From NCBI GenBank assembly GCA_046597415.1, contig JBKJKT010000023.1:4243-68242 (forward strand): a DNA stretch of 64,000 bases, read 5' to 3'. The translations under genes were made by a program, and so were the position numbers. Below the pieces are notes generated by a model that ran no database searches, had not been told where the DNA came from, and was given only the letters and a program-made list of their open reading frames with translations. Source of the DNA: Ramlibacter sp. (GTDB lineage: Bacteria > Pseudomonadota > Gammaproteobacteria > Burkholderiales > Burkholderiaceae_C). Below are positions 29,716 through 38,837 of the stretch, piece after piece (within the stretch, counting starts at the first letter, position 1; each line of letters starts with the position of its first letter).

Positions 29716-30180
29716 TCATCGGTCTGCCAGGCAGATGCCCAGGCTGCGCGACGGCGACCAGTCGTGAATCAGGATGCTTCCGCCCGCAGGATCGTCGCGG
29801 CGGCAAATTGCGAGGTCTGTGCAGCCCCCCTTGCGCCTGATCGTGAAGAGGCAGAAGTCGCGCGACGCATCCATCCACATTCCACGCGCGACCGGAGCGC
29901 ATTCAGACAGCAACACATCGCCGACCTGGATGACCGCATGACCATCGGAATCCACAAGCACCGTATGCCCCCAGCCGGAGGCCTCAAACCGGTGGACGTG
30001 TGGGGGGGTCTTGCGCGCCGGTGCGACAGCGGCAGCCTCTTTTCGCGCAGCGTGCCCGACCGGGTCATCACGCGGCGCCTGATCGCGTTGCAGCGGCCTG
30101 CGCAGGCCGAAGACCTGTCGCAGCCATGAGGACTTGCCTTCCGGTCGCGTTCTTGCGCGTGCAATTTCCGTGTTGTCCAT
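29716..30180 (-). CDS. hypothetical protein (154 aa)
   Basis: ATG at 30180 with GGGAGAA 2-3 nt upstream. GC-rich third positions. No domain recognised (MDNTEIARARTRPEGKSSWLRQVFG...). Confidence 0.5.
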   Translation of the reverse strand: MDNTEIARARTRPEGKSSWLRQVFGLRRPLQRDQAPRDDPVGHAARKEAAAVAPARKTPPHVHRFEASGWGHTVLVDSDGHAVIQVGDVLLSECAPVARGMWMDASRDFCLFTIRRKGGCTDLAICRRDDPAGGSILIHDWSPSRSLGICLADR

Positions 30181-30349
30181 GTTCTCCCTGCATTTGATAA
30201 TAGTGGCGCAGCTATTGCGATGCAGCGGGATTCTGGCAACGCGCGCTGCAACCAGCGGCACGAGCACTGTTAAAAAATGCCGACACTTGGTGCTGCTTTA
30301 TTCCCTGCAGGAAGCCAGATCCAGCATCGTGAACGCCACTGCGCTCACA

Positions 30350-31522
30350 TCAGCCCACCGCGCAGCTGCGAAACCCGGCAAAGATATCAATGCGATGCGG
30401 CTCGAAGAAATTTCGGTACCGCGGATGCGCGAGCCACGGCGAGGTTGCCTCGCAAGCACCGCGAAGAACTCGTCGGGTTCCAAACCAGGGCGCGGAATAG
30501 TCGCGATAGGGATGCGCTTCAAAACCAGGGTAGGACATGAATGGTGTGCTCGTCCATTCCCACACATGGCCCCAGTCGAACCCCGCAATGGTCAGGGCGG
30601 CGCATTCCCACTCGGCTTCGCTCGGCAATCGGCGCCCCGCCCAACGGCACCATGCGTCGGCTTCATGCGCGCTCAGGTGACAGGCGGCTGTGCCCGGGTC
30701 AGCGCCTTCACCCGGTGGTTTTGCGCGTGCCTGCTGGCGCCATGCCCAGCCTTCTTGCGTCCACCAGTGCGCATCGCGGTAGCCGCCGTCGTCGATAAAG
30801 GAAGTAAAACGTCCCCAGCTCACCGGCTGCGAGTCAATCTCGAAAGCCGCAATCTGCACGTCATGCGCACCACATTCATTGTCGAAAGCAAAGCCCGCAT
30901 CCCCGCTGCCAACGCGAAAGATCTGCGCACGCACTGCGAGCGGACGGCACGCCGGAATGATTCGTGCAGCGGGATGAGGCACGTCGACACCCAGCGTGCG
31001 CGCCATGTAGGTCGCAGCTTCGGCATGCATCGCCTCGTGCAATGCGCAAAGCCGGAAGAAGTACAACTCATCGGCACTGGCCCGCGCAGGCAACCGATGC
31101 AGCAGGGCCAGCGTCTCACCCAGGGTATCCGACAGGTAGGCGCGCATGGCATCGGCATCGGCAAGCTCCAGCGCCCAACGGCTTCGATGCTCGATGCGGC
31201 TTGAATCGAACCAGCGGTCGGATGACGCAAGAAGGGACGGACCGCGTTCGTGCAAAGGATCACAACGGATGCCCAGCGCGCTCTGTTGGTTGCGCGCGAT
31301 CCACCACTCCTGAAACCACGCGATATGGCCCAGCTCCCACAAAGGCGGATTGAGTCCGGCGTCATACGGAACTTGCCAGTTGGTTGCCTGCAACGCATCG
31401 GCGTAGGCGTCAGCCAGCTCCAGCGATCGCACGCGCGTCGCCAGCAGCGCCTGGCGCACGTGATCGGGGCCGCCGGTGCGAAATGCCTGAGCCGCGCTAT
31501 AACCGTCTAATGCGTAGTCCAT
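30350..31522 (-). CDS. EgtB/SenA-like non-heme-iron sulfoxide-synthase family protein (DinB-like N-domain + FGE-sulfatase-like C-domain)
   Basis: Starts at ATG 31522 (MDYALDG...). The DinB-like half carries WELGHIAWFQEWW and an HX3HXE metal motif (LHEAMHAE). The C-terminal half carries DNECGAHDV, AEWECAA, VWEWTSTPF and RVLRG, typical of the FGE/EgtB fold. Confidence 0.8.
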   Translation of the reverse strand: MDYALDGYSAAQAFRTGGPDHVRQALLATRVRSLELADAYADALQATNWQVPYDAGLNPPLWELGHIAWFQEWWIARNQQSALGIRCDPLHERGPSLLASSDRWFDSSRIEHRSRWALELADADAMRAYLSDTLGETLALLHRLPARASADELYFFRLCALHEAMHAEAATYMARTLGVDVPHPAARIIPACRPLAVRAQIFRVGSGDAGFAFDNECGAHDVQIAAFEIDSQPVSWGRFTSFIDDGGYRDAHWWTQEGWAWRQQARAKPPGEGADPGTAACHLSAHEADAWCRWAGRRLPSEAEWECAALTIAGFDWGHVWEWTSTPFMSYPGFEAHPYRDYSAPWFGTRRVLRGACEATSPWLAHPRYRNFFEPHRIDIFAGFRSCAVG

Positions 31523-31610
31523 CGATCGCCATCGTAAGCCCAGCCCTGGCCGACGCCAACAATGGCAACTGGCAGACTGCGGCGCGCTGCCAAAAACTGC
31601 TGGGCGCGAT

Positions 31611-32681
31611 ATGACAAGCAACGATCACAACAGGCTTCCGGCGCTGCGCGGCGGCGCGTTCGCACTCCTGAGCGCGGTGCTCTTCGGAATCAGCACGCCG
31701 TTCGTCCAGCGCGCAGGCGAAGGTCTGGGACCGTTCGCCACCGCCGCCCTTTTGTACGCCGGTGCGGCGATCGCGGGTGCGTTGCTGCGACAGCCCATTT
31801 CGAAGGAGGCACGACTGCGACGGTCGGACCTGGGCCGCATCAGCCTGATGGCATTTTTTGGCGCCGTGATCGGGCCGGTTGCGCTCGCGTGGGGACTTCA
31901 ACACACAAGCGGTACCAGCGCGTCGTTGATGCTTGCGCTGGAAGCACTGTTCACAGCCGTGCTCGCCCGGCTGCTCTACCAGGAGGTCATGGATAGAAGG
32001 GTCTGGACGGCGATGGCGCTCCTGTTGCTGGGCGGCGTGGTCCTTGTGATTGACCGGGGCCTGGGCGGAAGCACGCAGATGGCCGGCCTGCTGGCCGTGC
32101 TGGCAGCAACCGCTGCATGGGGCGTGGATAACACGCTGTCACGCGGCGTGGCCGAACGGGATCCCGGGCAGGTTGTGCTGTCCAAATCGGCGGTGGGCGC
32201 TGCTGCTGCCGGGGCCATCGCAGTGCTGCTGGGCGAATCGCTGCCGTCGTCCATGCAGGCGCTTGCGCTTCTTGCAATCGGCGGTGCCGGCTATGGCCTG
32301 AGCCTCAGGCTGTACCTGCTCGCACAGCGCGAGTTCGGAGCCGCACGAACCGGATCGGTCTTTGCATTTGCGCCATTCATCGGCGCTGCCGTAGCCGTGG
32401 GCCTGGGCGAACGAGGACTGAGCTGGGGCGTGGCAGCCGGCGCAGCTCTGATGCTGGCGGGCGTGCTCGTTCACTTGCTGGAGCGTCACTCACACGCGCA
32501 CACGCATGAAGCAATGGTTCATGAACATGCGCATACGCATGAGGAGGGGCATCACGACCACTCGCACGGTGATGCGCAGAGCGGGCCCGTCACGGGCGCA
32601 CACAGTCACGTACACCGCCACGCACCAACCGAGCACAGTCATCCGCATGTGCCCGATGTGCATCACGCTCACAAGCATTAG
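31611..32681 (+). CDS. EamA/DMT-family transporter with a His-rich C-terminal tail
   Basis: Ten predicted TM segments in two EamA-like halves. The last roughly 65 aa are HSHAHTHEAMVHEHAHTHEEGHHDHSHGDAQSGPVTGAHSHVHRHAPTEHSHPHVPDVHHAHKH. Confidence 0.85.
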   Translation: MTSNDHNRLPALRGGAFALLSAVLFGISTPFVQRAGEGLGPFATAALLYAGAAIAGALLRQPISKEARLRRSDLGRISLMAFFGAVIGPVALAWGLQHTSGTSASLMLALEALFTAVLARLLYQEVMDRRVWTAMALLLLGGVVLVIDRGLGGSTQMAGLLAVLAATAAWGVDNTLSRGVAERDPGQVVLSKSAVGAAAAGAIAVLLGESLPSSMQALALLAIGGAGYGLSLRLYLLAQREFGAARTGSVFAFAPFIGAAVAVGLGERGLSWGVAAGAALMLAGVLVHLLERHSHAHTHEAMVHEHAHTHEEGHHDHSHGDAQSGPVTGAHSHVHRHAPTEHSHPHVPDVHHAHKH

Positions 32682-32712
32682 CAGCATTCGCAGGTGGGGC
32701 CTGACCCGCCTC

Positions 32713-33447
32713 TCAGCGGTTCGCCGAGTGCTCGCGCAGGTCGATCGCCATGCTGATCGACAGCGAAATGAAGGTGCCCAGACACATCGCGGCCAGTACA
32801 TCCGTCGGCCAATGGACGCCCAGAACCAGGCGGGACAGCGCGACGAGCGATGTCCAGCCCAATGCAACGGTCATGGCCAATCTCGCTGTTGCGGGCCAGA
32901 AGCGGGCTGCGCACAGGGCCAGCGCAGTGGCCGCGGCGGCGGTGTGCGAGGTGTGACCACTTGGAAAACTGGAGCCCCAGAACCACTCGGTTTCCCAGAG
33001 GTCAGGGCGCGCGCGGCCGGTCGCCGTCTTGATGAGATAGACGAGCGATGCCACTGTTGCCGGGGAAGCCACGATCAAAAAAGCCTCGGCACGACGCTTC
33101 AGCCAGAGCAACACCAGCGCCGTAACGGACACGACCGGCACCACCGTCAGTGCCGAGCCCGCCACGGTAACTGCATTGAAGAAACCGTAGAGCGACGCAG
33201 GCATGTGGGCCCGGATGAAAGTCAAAATAAACCGGTCCACAACCCCGGATTCCTGTGCCAGCACATCCTCGAAGACCTTGGCACCGACGATGAACAGCAC
33301 CAGAAGGCCCAGCACGGCCAGCCGGCGCTTGAGCAGGAGGTCCGAATACCAAGGCTGGCGAAAGCGCAGCCAGGCTTTCAGCGCAACATGGCCGAACAGG
33401 ACCAGAGCCATGAGCAATGTCAACTCGACCGCAAGTTCAATCAACAT
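32713..33447 (-). CDS. PAP2-family membrane phosphatase
   Basis: The three PAP2 motifs are present: KTATGRARP, SFPSGHTSHT and SRLVLGVHWPTDVLAA. Confidence 0.85.
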   Translation of the reverse strand: MLIELAVELTLLMALVLFGHVALKAWLRFRQPWYSDLLLKRRLAVLGLLVLFIVGAKVFEDVLAQESGVVDRFILTFIRAHMPASLYGFFNAVTVAGSALTVVPVVSVTALVLLWLKRRAEAFLIVASPATVASLVYLIKTATGRARPDLWETEWFWGSSFPSGHTSHTAAAATALALCAARFWPATARLAMTVALGWTSLVALSRLVLGVHWPTDVLAAMCLGTFISLSISMAIDLREHSANR

Positions 33448-33540
33448 CGGTCTACCGTAGCATGAGCGCCGTGCTTATGCTCTCGCGTGCCTGTTGGCGC
33501 CATTCTTGTTCCCGTTCCACCGTGCGTCCCAGGAGTCCGT

Positions 33541-34365
33541 ATGAATCTGCGTCCTGTTCTTGTTCAGCTTGGGGCGGCGCTCTCACTGGCCTGCGCCAGC
33601 TTCAGCGCGACAACCGCGACAAGCGCATCCTCCCTGCTGCTCGATGAACTCACGTGGACCGAAGTGCGCGATGCACTAAAGGCGGGCCACACCACGGTCA
33701 TCATCCCGATTGGCGGAACGGAACAGAACGGGCCGCACATGGCGCTGGGCAAGCACAACTTCCGTGCAAGTGCGCTGGCTGCGCGTATTGCGGCCGGCCT
33801 TGGCAACGCGCTTGTCGCACCGGTAGTCAGCTATGTTCCGGAAGGGCGCATCTCGCCGCCTGCCGGTCACATGCGGTTTCCGGGAACGATTTCCGTGCCG
33901 CAGGACGCTTTCGAAGGCGTGCTGCTCGGGGCAGCGCGCAGTTTCAGGCAGCACGGCTTTAGAGACATCGTTTTTCTCGGCGATTCGGGCAATTACCAGG
34001 ACAGCATTGCAGCGGTTGCCGCGCGCCTGAACCGCGAATGGGCGGGAACGTCTGTACGGGCCTACCCCATGCCGCAGTACTACCAGGCCGCGACGAGCGT
34101 CTTCAATGAGGCACTGCGTGGCCGGGGGATCACAGAAGCGCAAATCGGCACGCACGCGGGCCTGGCCGACACCTCGCTGATGCTGGGGGTCGATCCCTCG
34201 CGTATCCGGGAAAACGCCATGCGCGCAACGCCGGGGCCGCAAGCCGTGTCCGGGGTGACCGGCGATCCGACCCGGGCCAGCTCCGCGCTGGGAAAAGTTG
34301 GCACGGAGCTGATAGTCGAGCACACAACGAGGGCCATTCGCGATGCGGTCGCCATCCGGCGTTAG
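33541..34365 (+). CDS. creatininase-family amidohydrolase with an N-terminal signal peptide
   Basis: ATG at 33541 follows AGGAG. Signal peptide MNLRPVLVQLGAALSLACASFSA. IIPIGGTEQNGPHMALGKHN is the family metal-binding motif. Confidence 0.8.
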   Translation: MNLRPVLVQLGAALSLACASFSATTATSASSLLLDELTWTEVRDALKAGHTTVIIPIGGTEQNGPHMALGKHNFRASALAARIAAGLGNALVAPVVSYVPEGRISPPAGHMRFPGTISVPQDAFEGVLLGAARSFRQHGFRDIVFLGDSGNYQDSIAAVAARLNREWAGTSVRAYPMPQYYQAATSVFNEALRGRGITEAQIGTHAGLADTSLMLGVDPSRIRENAMRATPGPQAVSGVTGDPTRASSALGKVGTELIVEHTTRAIRDAVAIRR

Positions 34366-34425
34366 GATCGACGGTTGCTGCTCATTGTGCGGCGCCTCTG
34401 CTCTCATACTGCTGTAACCGACTCC

Positions 34426-35700
34426 ATGAAAAACCTTGTTTTCTGCACGCTACTCGGCGCGATGCTCGCTCCTGCCCTGGCTCAAAACCCACCGTCCACT
34501 GCATCGCCAGTCGCTCCTGGCGCCGCGATTGCCACCATTCCAGGCATGCCTGCCGTGGTCGATCCCGGCAATCTTTACAGCGAAACAACGTCGAACAAGC
34601 TTTCATCGGCAGTCGCAGGCTCGCTCGAGCGTGTGTACGTGCCCAATCGCAGCAGCAACACGGTTTCGGTTATTGATCCGGCGACGCTGCAGGTCGTCGA
34701 CACGTTCAAGGTCGGAATCCATCCGCAGCACGTCGTGCCCTCGTGGGACCTCAAGACCCTGTGGGTCGCCAACAATGCTGAAGGTCGCACCGACGGTAGC
34801 CTGACGCCCATCGACCCCAAGACCGGCAAGCCTGGCGCGAACATCCCGGTGGACGATCCGTACAACCTGTACTGGTCGCCGGACGGCAAGTACGCCATCG
34901 TTGTCGCCGAGGCCTACAAGCGGCTGGACTTTCGCGATCCGCGCACGATGAAGCTGGAGTTTTCGCTTCCCACGCCCGAGTGTGTCGGCATCAACCACGC
35001 TGACTTCTCCATCGACGGCAAGTTTGCCATCTTCACCTGCGAGTTCGGCGGGTCGGTCACCAAGGTCGACATGGTCAACCGCAAGGTGATGGGCACCATC
35101 CTGGTCCACCGCGACTTTGACAAACCCGCCGAGATGGAGAAGGTGCGCAAGCTGATCGCCCAGCTGGCGCCCAAGCCCGGCAGCCACCAGCATGGGGCCA
35201 TTCGCGGCATGCCGGCCATGCCGCAGGACATCCGGGCTGCGCCCAACGGCAAGACCTTCTATGTCGCCGACATGGTGGCCGATGGCGTGCACGTCGTCGA
35301 GCTCGAACCCTTCCGCCAGATCGGCTACATCCCTACCGGCGTCGGCTCGCACGGCCTGTATCCAAGCCGCGACGGCAAGAGCCTGTATGTAGCCAACCGC
35401 GGCAGCAACTTCATCCGCGGGCTTCCGCGTGGACCGGGCGGCGTCGCAGTCATCGACTTCGCCACGCGCAAGGTCGTTGCCAACTGGTCGATCCCCGGCG
35501 GCGGCAGCCCCGACATGGGCAACGTGAGCGCCGATGGCAAATGGCTGTGGCTGTCAGGGCGCTACGACAACGTCGTTTATCGCTTCGACACGACGACAGG
35601 TGCCGTGGACAAGATCAAGGTCGGACGCGAACCGCACGGCCTGACCCTGTGGCCGCAACCCGGGCGTTATTCGCTGGGACACACGGGCAATCTGCGCTAG
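34426..35700 (+). CDS. secreted YVTN/YncE-like beta-propeller repeat protein
   Basis: ATG at 34426 (MKNLVFCTLLGAMLAPALAQ signal peptide). Repeated blocks of the type VYVPNRSSNTVSVID / LWVANNAEG / LYVANRGSN. Confidence 0.7.
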   Translation: MKNLVFCTLLGAMLAPALAQNPPSTASPVAPGAAIATIPGMPAVVDPGNLYSETTSNKLSSAVAGSLERVYVPNRSSNTVSVIDPATLQVVDTFKVGIHPQHVVPSWDLKTLWVANNAEGRTDGSLTPIDPKTGKPGANIPVDDPYNLYWSPDGKYAIVVAEAYKRLDFRDPRTMKLEFSLPTPECVGINHADFSIDGKFAIFTCEFGGSVTKVDMVNRKVMGTILVHRDFDKPAEMEKVRKLIAQLAPKPGSHQHGAIRGMPAMPQDIRAAPNGKTFYVADMVADGVHVVELEPFRQIGYIPTGVGSHGLYPSRDGKSLYVANRGSNFIRGLPRGPGGVAVIDFATRKVVANWSIPGGGSPDMGNVSADGKWLWLSGRYDNVVYRFDTTTGAVDKIKVGREPHGLTLWPQPGRYSLGHTGNLR

Positions 35701-35742
35701 GCCCTGGCCTCGCAGGCCGCATGAGTGCCCGGTCTGGACCGC

Positions 35743-37071
35743 CTAGTCGTCAGAGGCGACGGCGATCCTGCCTCCAGGTTCGCACGGCAGCGTGATTGTC
35801 ACGGTGGTGCCGACGCCGGGCGCGCCGGTGATCGAGATGGCGCCATCGTGCTGCTCTACGAGTGTCCTTGCGATCGCCAGCCCAAGACCGGCGCCATCTC
35901 CACGGGCCATGCCTTCGACACCCTGCCAGCCGCGCTCGAAGGCATGCGAGAGTTCTTCGGCGGTCATGCCCTTGCCATTGTCCCGCACCTCCAGCGTGAC
36001 GTTGGAGCCTGCACGTTCAATGCTCACAATCACCTCACAACCGGGCGGCGAATATTTGATGGCGTTGCCGATGAGATTGCCCAGCACGCGCACCATCTGG
36101 GCGTAGTCGAGCCGCACGATCGCAGGGGGTAGCGGGCCCGCCACGACTCGGATGGCGGCGCGTTCAGCAATCGGCGTCATCATGCTCATCGCATCCCGTG
36201 CGAGTTCGGCAATATCGAATGGCGCAAAACCCTGGGCAGCAGGCGTCAAAAGCGCATGGGTGGACAACAGGCTGTCGGCCATTGAACGCAGGGCATCGAC
36301 CGCCTTGACCATGCGCGCCGTCGTGCTTTCCTGCTGGCCGTGCAATGCGCGCTTGACGACCTGAGTGCCGAGCGACAACACCTGGAGGGGCGTGCGGAGG
36401 TCGTGAGCAACCACCGCAACGACTTCCTCACGCGCAAGCGCGAGGGCATTCGCCCTGGCGGCTTCGATCCGCGAAGCCGCCAGTGCGCTTCGCAGCGCGA
36501 GCTCGCGCGCTGCCGACGCGCCGAGCTGGCGCAAGGTTTCTATTTCATCGTCCGTCCACATCCGAGGCTTCAAGTCGATGACGCAGAAGCTGCCGATTAC
36601 CTGTTCATCAACGGAGATCGGGATGCCCATGTACGCACGCACACCCAATGAATCCACAGTGGGCACCGCGCGCCATACATCGTGGCGGTGCGTGTCGTCG
36701 ATGACGAGCGGATCGTCGCCTGCCAGTGTGTAGTGGCAAAACGTGCGACCTGAAAGTTGGTGCTCTTCCGACAGCGGCAAGCCTAAGCCGTGCTGGCTCT
36801 TGTAGAAATCACGATCGGCATCCACCACCGAGAGAAACGCAATTGGAACGTCGAGCAGGCGAGCGGCAAGTCGCGAAAGGCTGTCGAACGCTTCCTCAGG
36901 CGGCGAATCGAGCAGGCGTGTTTGCCTGACCGCCGCCAGTCGGACCGGAGAGCCCACCAGGGAGTCAATCGCTGCTGAATCGGCCGGGGGCCTGCGGCGG
37001 ACGGCAGGCAATGCTGTCACGGTCGGGTTGTCGGTGCCTTTGGAGATCACGAATGATTTGACCACATGCAC
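35743..37071 (-). CDS. soluble GAF-domain sensor histidine kinase (no adjacent response regulator)
   Basis: GAF-like N-half (FLSVVDADRDFYKSQHGL...FCVID). H-box VVAVVAHDLRTPL, N-box LGNLIGNAIKYS, G-boxes DNGKGM and GAGLGLAI. Confidence 0.85.
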   Translation of the reverse strand: MHVVKSFVISKGTDNPTVTALPAVRRRPPADSAAIDSLVGSPVRLAAVRQTRLLDSPPEEAFDSLSRLAARLLDVPIAFLSVVDADRDFYKSQHGLGLPLSEEHQLSGRTFCHYTLAGDDPLVIDDTHRHDVWRAVPTVDSLGVRAYMGIPISVDEQVIGSFCVIDLKPRMWTDDEIETLRQLGASAARELALRSALAASRIEAARANALALAREEVVAVVAHDLRTPLQVLSLGTQVVKRALHGQQESTTARMVKAVDALRSMADSLLSTHALLTPAAQGFAPFDIAELARDAMSMMTPIAERAAIRVVAGPLPPAIVRLDYAQMVRVLGNLIGNAIKYSPPGCEVIVSIERAGSNVTLEVRDNGKGMTAEELSHAFERGWQGVEGMARGDGAGLGLAIARTLVEQHDGAISITGAPGVGTTVTITLPCEPGGRIAVASDD

Positions 37072-37305
37072 ACGTCAGAGATTTACCGGGGCGAGGGTTG
37101 CTCGCCGCTACGCCTGACTTTGAAAGGGTCATCGTTCATCGTCCAGCCGGTTGGCAAGCGCCGCGATGCACGCCGCCGATACCACCAGTGACTCTTTGTG
37201 AACATGACGAATCTTCAGCGTAACCCCCAGACTCAACAAAAAGTTGCGCGACTTCGCACGCGAGCTCGTAACCATGTAACGTGTGGGCCTAACAGGAGAA
37301 CCAAC

Positions 37306-37725
37306 ATGGGCTTTTTCAGCAAGATTCTTGACAAACTCGGTTTCGACGCAGGCGCGGACAAGGTTGAGGCGATGCTTCGTACACCGATCCCGCCAAAGGC
37401 ACCCAATACCACATCGATGGGTGCCGGCCTGGCCCCCGGCGGCGCCGCAGCGACCCCCATCACACAGGTGGACGTCGTCGCGCAGCTCGAAAAAAGAGCC
37501 GCAGCCAACTCCCAGAAACTCAACTGGCAGACCTCCATTGTTGACCTGATGAAGCTGCTCGACATTGATAGCAGCCTCGAAAGCCGCAAGGAGCTCGCCA
37601 CGGAACTGGGCGCGCCCGCCGACCTCATGAACGACTCGGCGAAGATGAACATGTGGCTGCACAAGCAGGTCATGGCCCGACTCGCCGCGAACGGCGGCAA
37701 CGTGCCGGCCAACCTCCTCGATTGA
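37306..37725 (+). CDS. DUF3597-family protein
   Basis: ATG at 37306 follows AGGAGAA. MGFFSKILDKLGF... N-terminus and C-terminal LNWQTSIVDLMKLLDIDSSLESRKELATELG, typical of DUF3597. Confidence 0.75.
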   Translation: MGFFSKILDKLGFDAGADKVEAMLRTPIPPKAPNTTSMGAGLAPGGAAATPITQVDVVAQLEKRAAANSQKLNWQTSIVDLMKLLDIDSSLESRKELATELGAPADLMNDSAKMNMWLHKQVMARLAANGGNVPANLLD

Positions 37726-38837
37726 CCCCGCCGCGCCGCTTCGCTGACTTGCGCGGCGGCGTGCGCCTGGCCGTTGACGGCGTCCGGGGCGTGACACGCA
37801 TTGTTGAAGGCGTGCACGGCAGCGTCGTGCGGATCGCTCCGCCCATCGGCAGCCACGAACAACGTCCGCTGCGCGGCATCACTGGCCTGGTCTATCGATC
37901 GATTCACGCAACGACCGGCCTCGTTGGGCTGGCGCTCGACGGCGCGCTGACCGGCGTCGAGCGGCTCGTTACCCCAACGGCTCATCCTTCCAATAAAGGG
38001 GCGCCCCTCGACGCCGCCCAGCGCGACGCCATCGTCAGCGCATTGAACGGCGTCGTCGGTGACCACCTCCAGCGGACCGGAAATCCGCTCGCAATAGAAA
38101 TGCAGCTGCTGCGTCGCAGCGAGTGCGGTCCGCAGCCGCTGCTTCTGGCGCATGGTCTTTGCATGAACGAGCAGCAGTGGACCCGAGGCGGGCATGACCA
38201 CGGCAAGGCCCTGGCAGCGTCGCTGGGCTACAGCCCGTTCTACCTGCGCTACAACACCGGGCTTCCTATCGCCGACAACGGCGCGGCGCTTGCAGCGTTA
38301 CTCGAAGCAACGCTTGCCACCTGGCCCGTGCCGGTGGAGCGACTCACCATCATCGGTCACAGCATGGGCGGACTGGTGGCGCGCAACGCCGCGCATCACG
38401 CGCTGGCCGCAGGCATGGCGTGGCCGCACCTCTTGAAAGAGCTTGTTTCGCTGGGAACGCCCTATCACGGCGCGGCACTCGAGCGCGGTGGCAACTGGCT
38501 TCATCGCGGGCTGGGCGTGAGCCCGTACCTGGCGCCGTTCACGCGACTGTCGGGCCTGCGCAGCGCGGGCATCACCGATTTGCGCCACGGAGAGGTCTTG
38601 CCGCTTGTGCCCGGCATTGCCTGTTATGCGGTTGCGGGCGCTCTCAGCCCGGCGGCCAAAGGCGATTGGCGCGGCGATGGACTGGTTTCCGTCGACAGCG
38701 CATTGGGGCACAGTGCCAAGCCATCGCAACGCCTGGGAATTGCGCCGTCGCACGCATTCGTTGCCAACGGCGTGGGCCACCTGGATCTGCTGGCCAGCGA
38801 AGCGGTGTACGCGAGGCTTCGCAAGTGGCTGGCATGA
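37722..38837 (+). CDS. alpha/beta-fold hydrolase (lipase/esterase-like)
   Basis: Nucleophile elbow GHSMGGLVAR. The probable TTG start at 37722 overlaps the DUF3597 stop (TTGA); the track start at 37653 lies inside the upstream gene. The start is uncertain. Confidence 0.75.
   Translation: MTPPRRFADLRGGVRLAVDGVRGVTRIVEGVHGSVVRIAPPIGSHEQRPLRGITGLVYRSIHATTGLVGLALDGALTGVERLVTPTAHPSNKGAPLDAAQRDAIVSALNGVVGDHLQRTGNPLAIEMQLLRRSECGPQPLLLAHGLCMNEQQWTRGGHDHGKALAASLGYSPFYLRYNTGLPIADNGAALAALLEATLATWPVPVERLTIIGHSMGGLVARNAAHHALAAGMAWPHLLKELVSLGTPYHGAALERGGNWLHRGLGVSPYLAPFTRLSGLRSAGITDLRHGEVLPLVPGIACYAVAGALSPAAKGDWRGDGLVSVDSALGHSAKPSQRLGIAPSHAFVANGVGHLDLLASEAVYARLRKWLA

Noticed and set aside
30134-31204. 356-aa plus-strand ORF
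   Set aside because: It is antisense to the EgtB-like gene and to the 154-aa gene, and shows no motif.
37129-38201. 222-aa and 322-aa minus-strand ORFs
   Set aside because: They are antisense to the DUF3597 and hydrolase genes.
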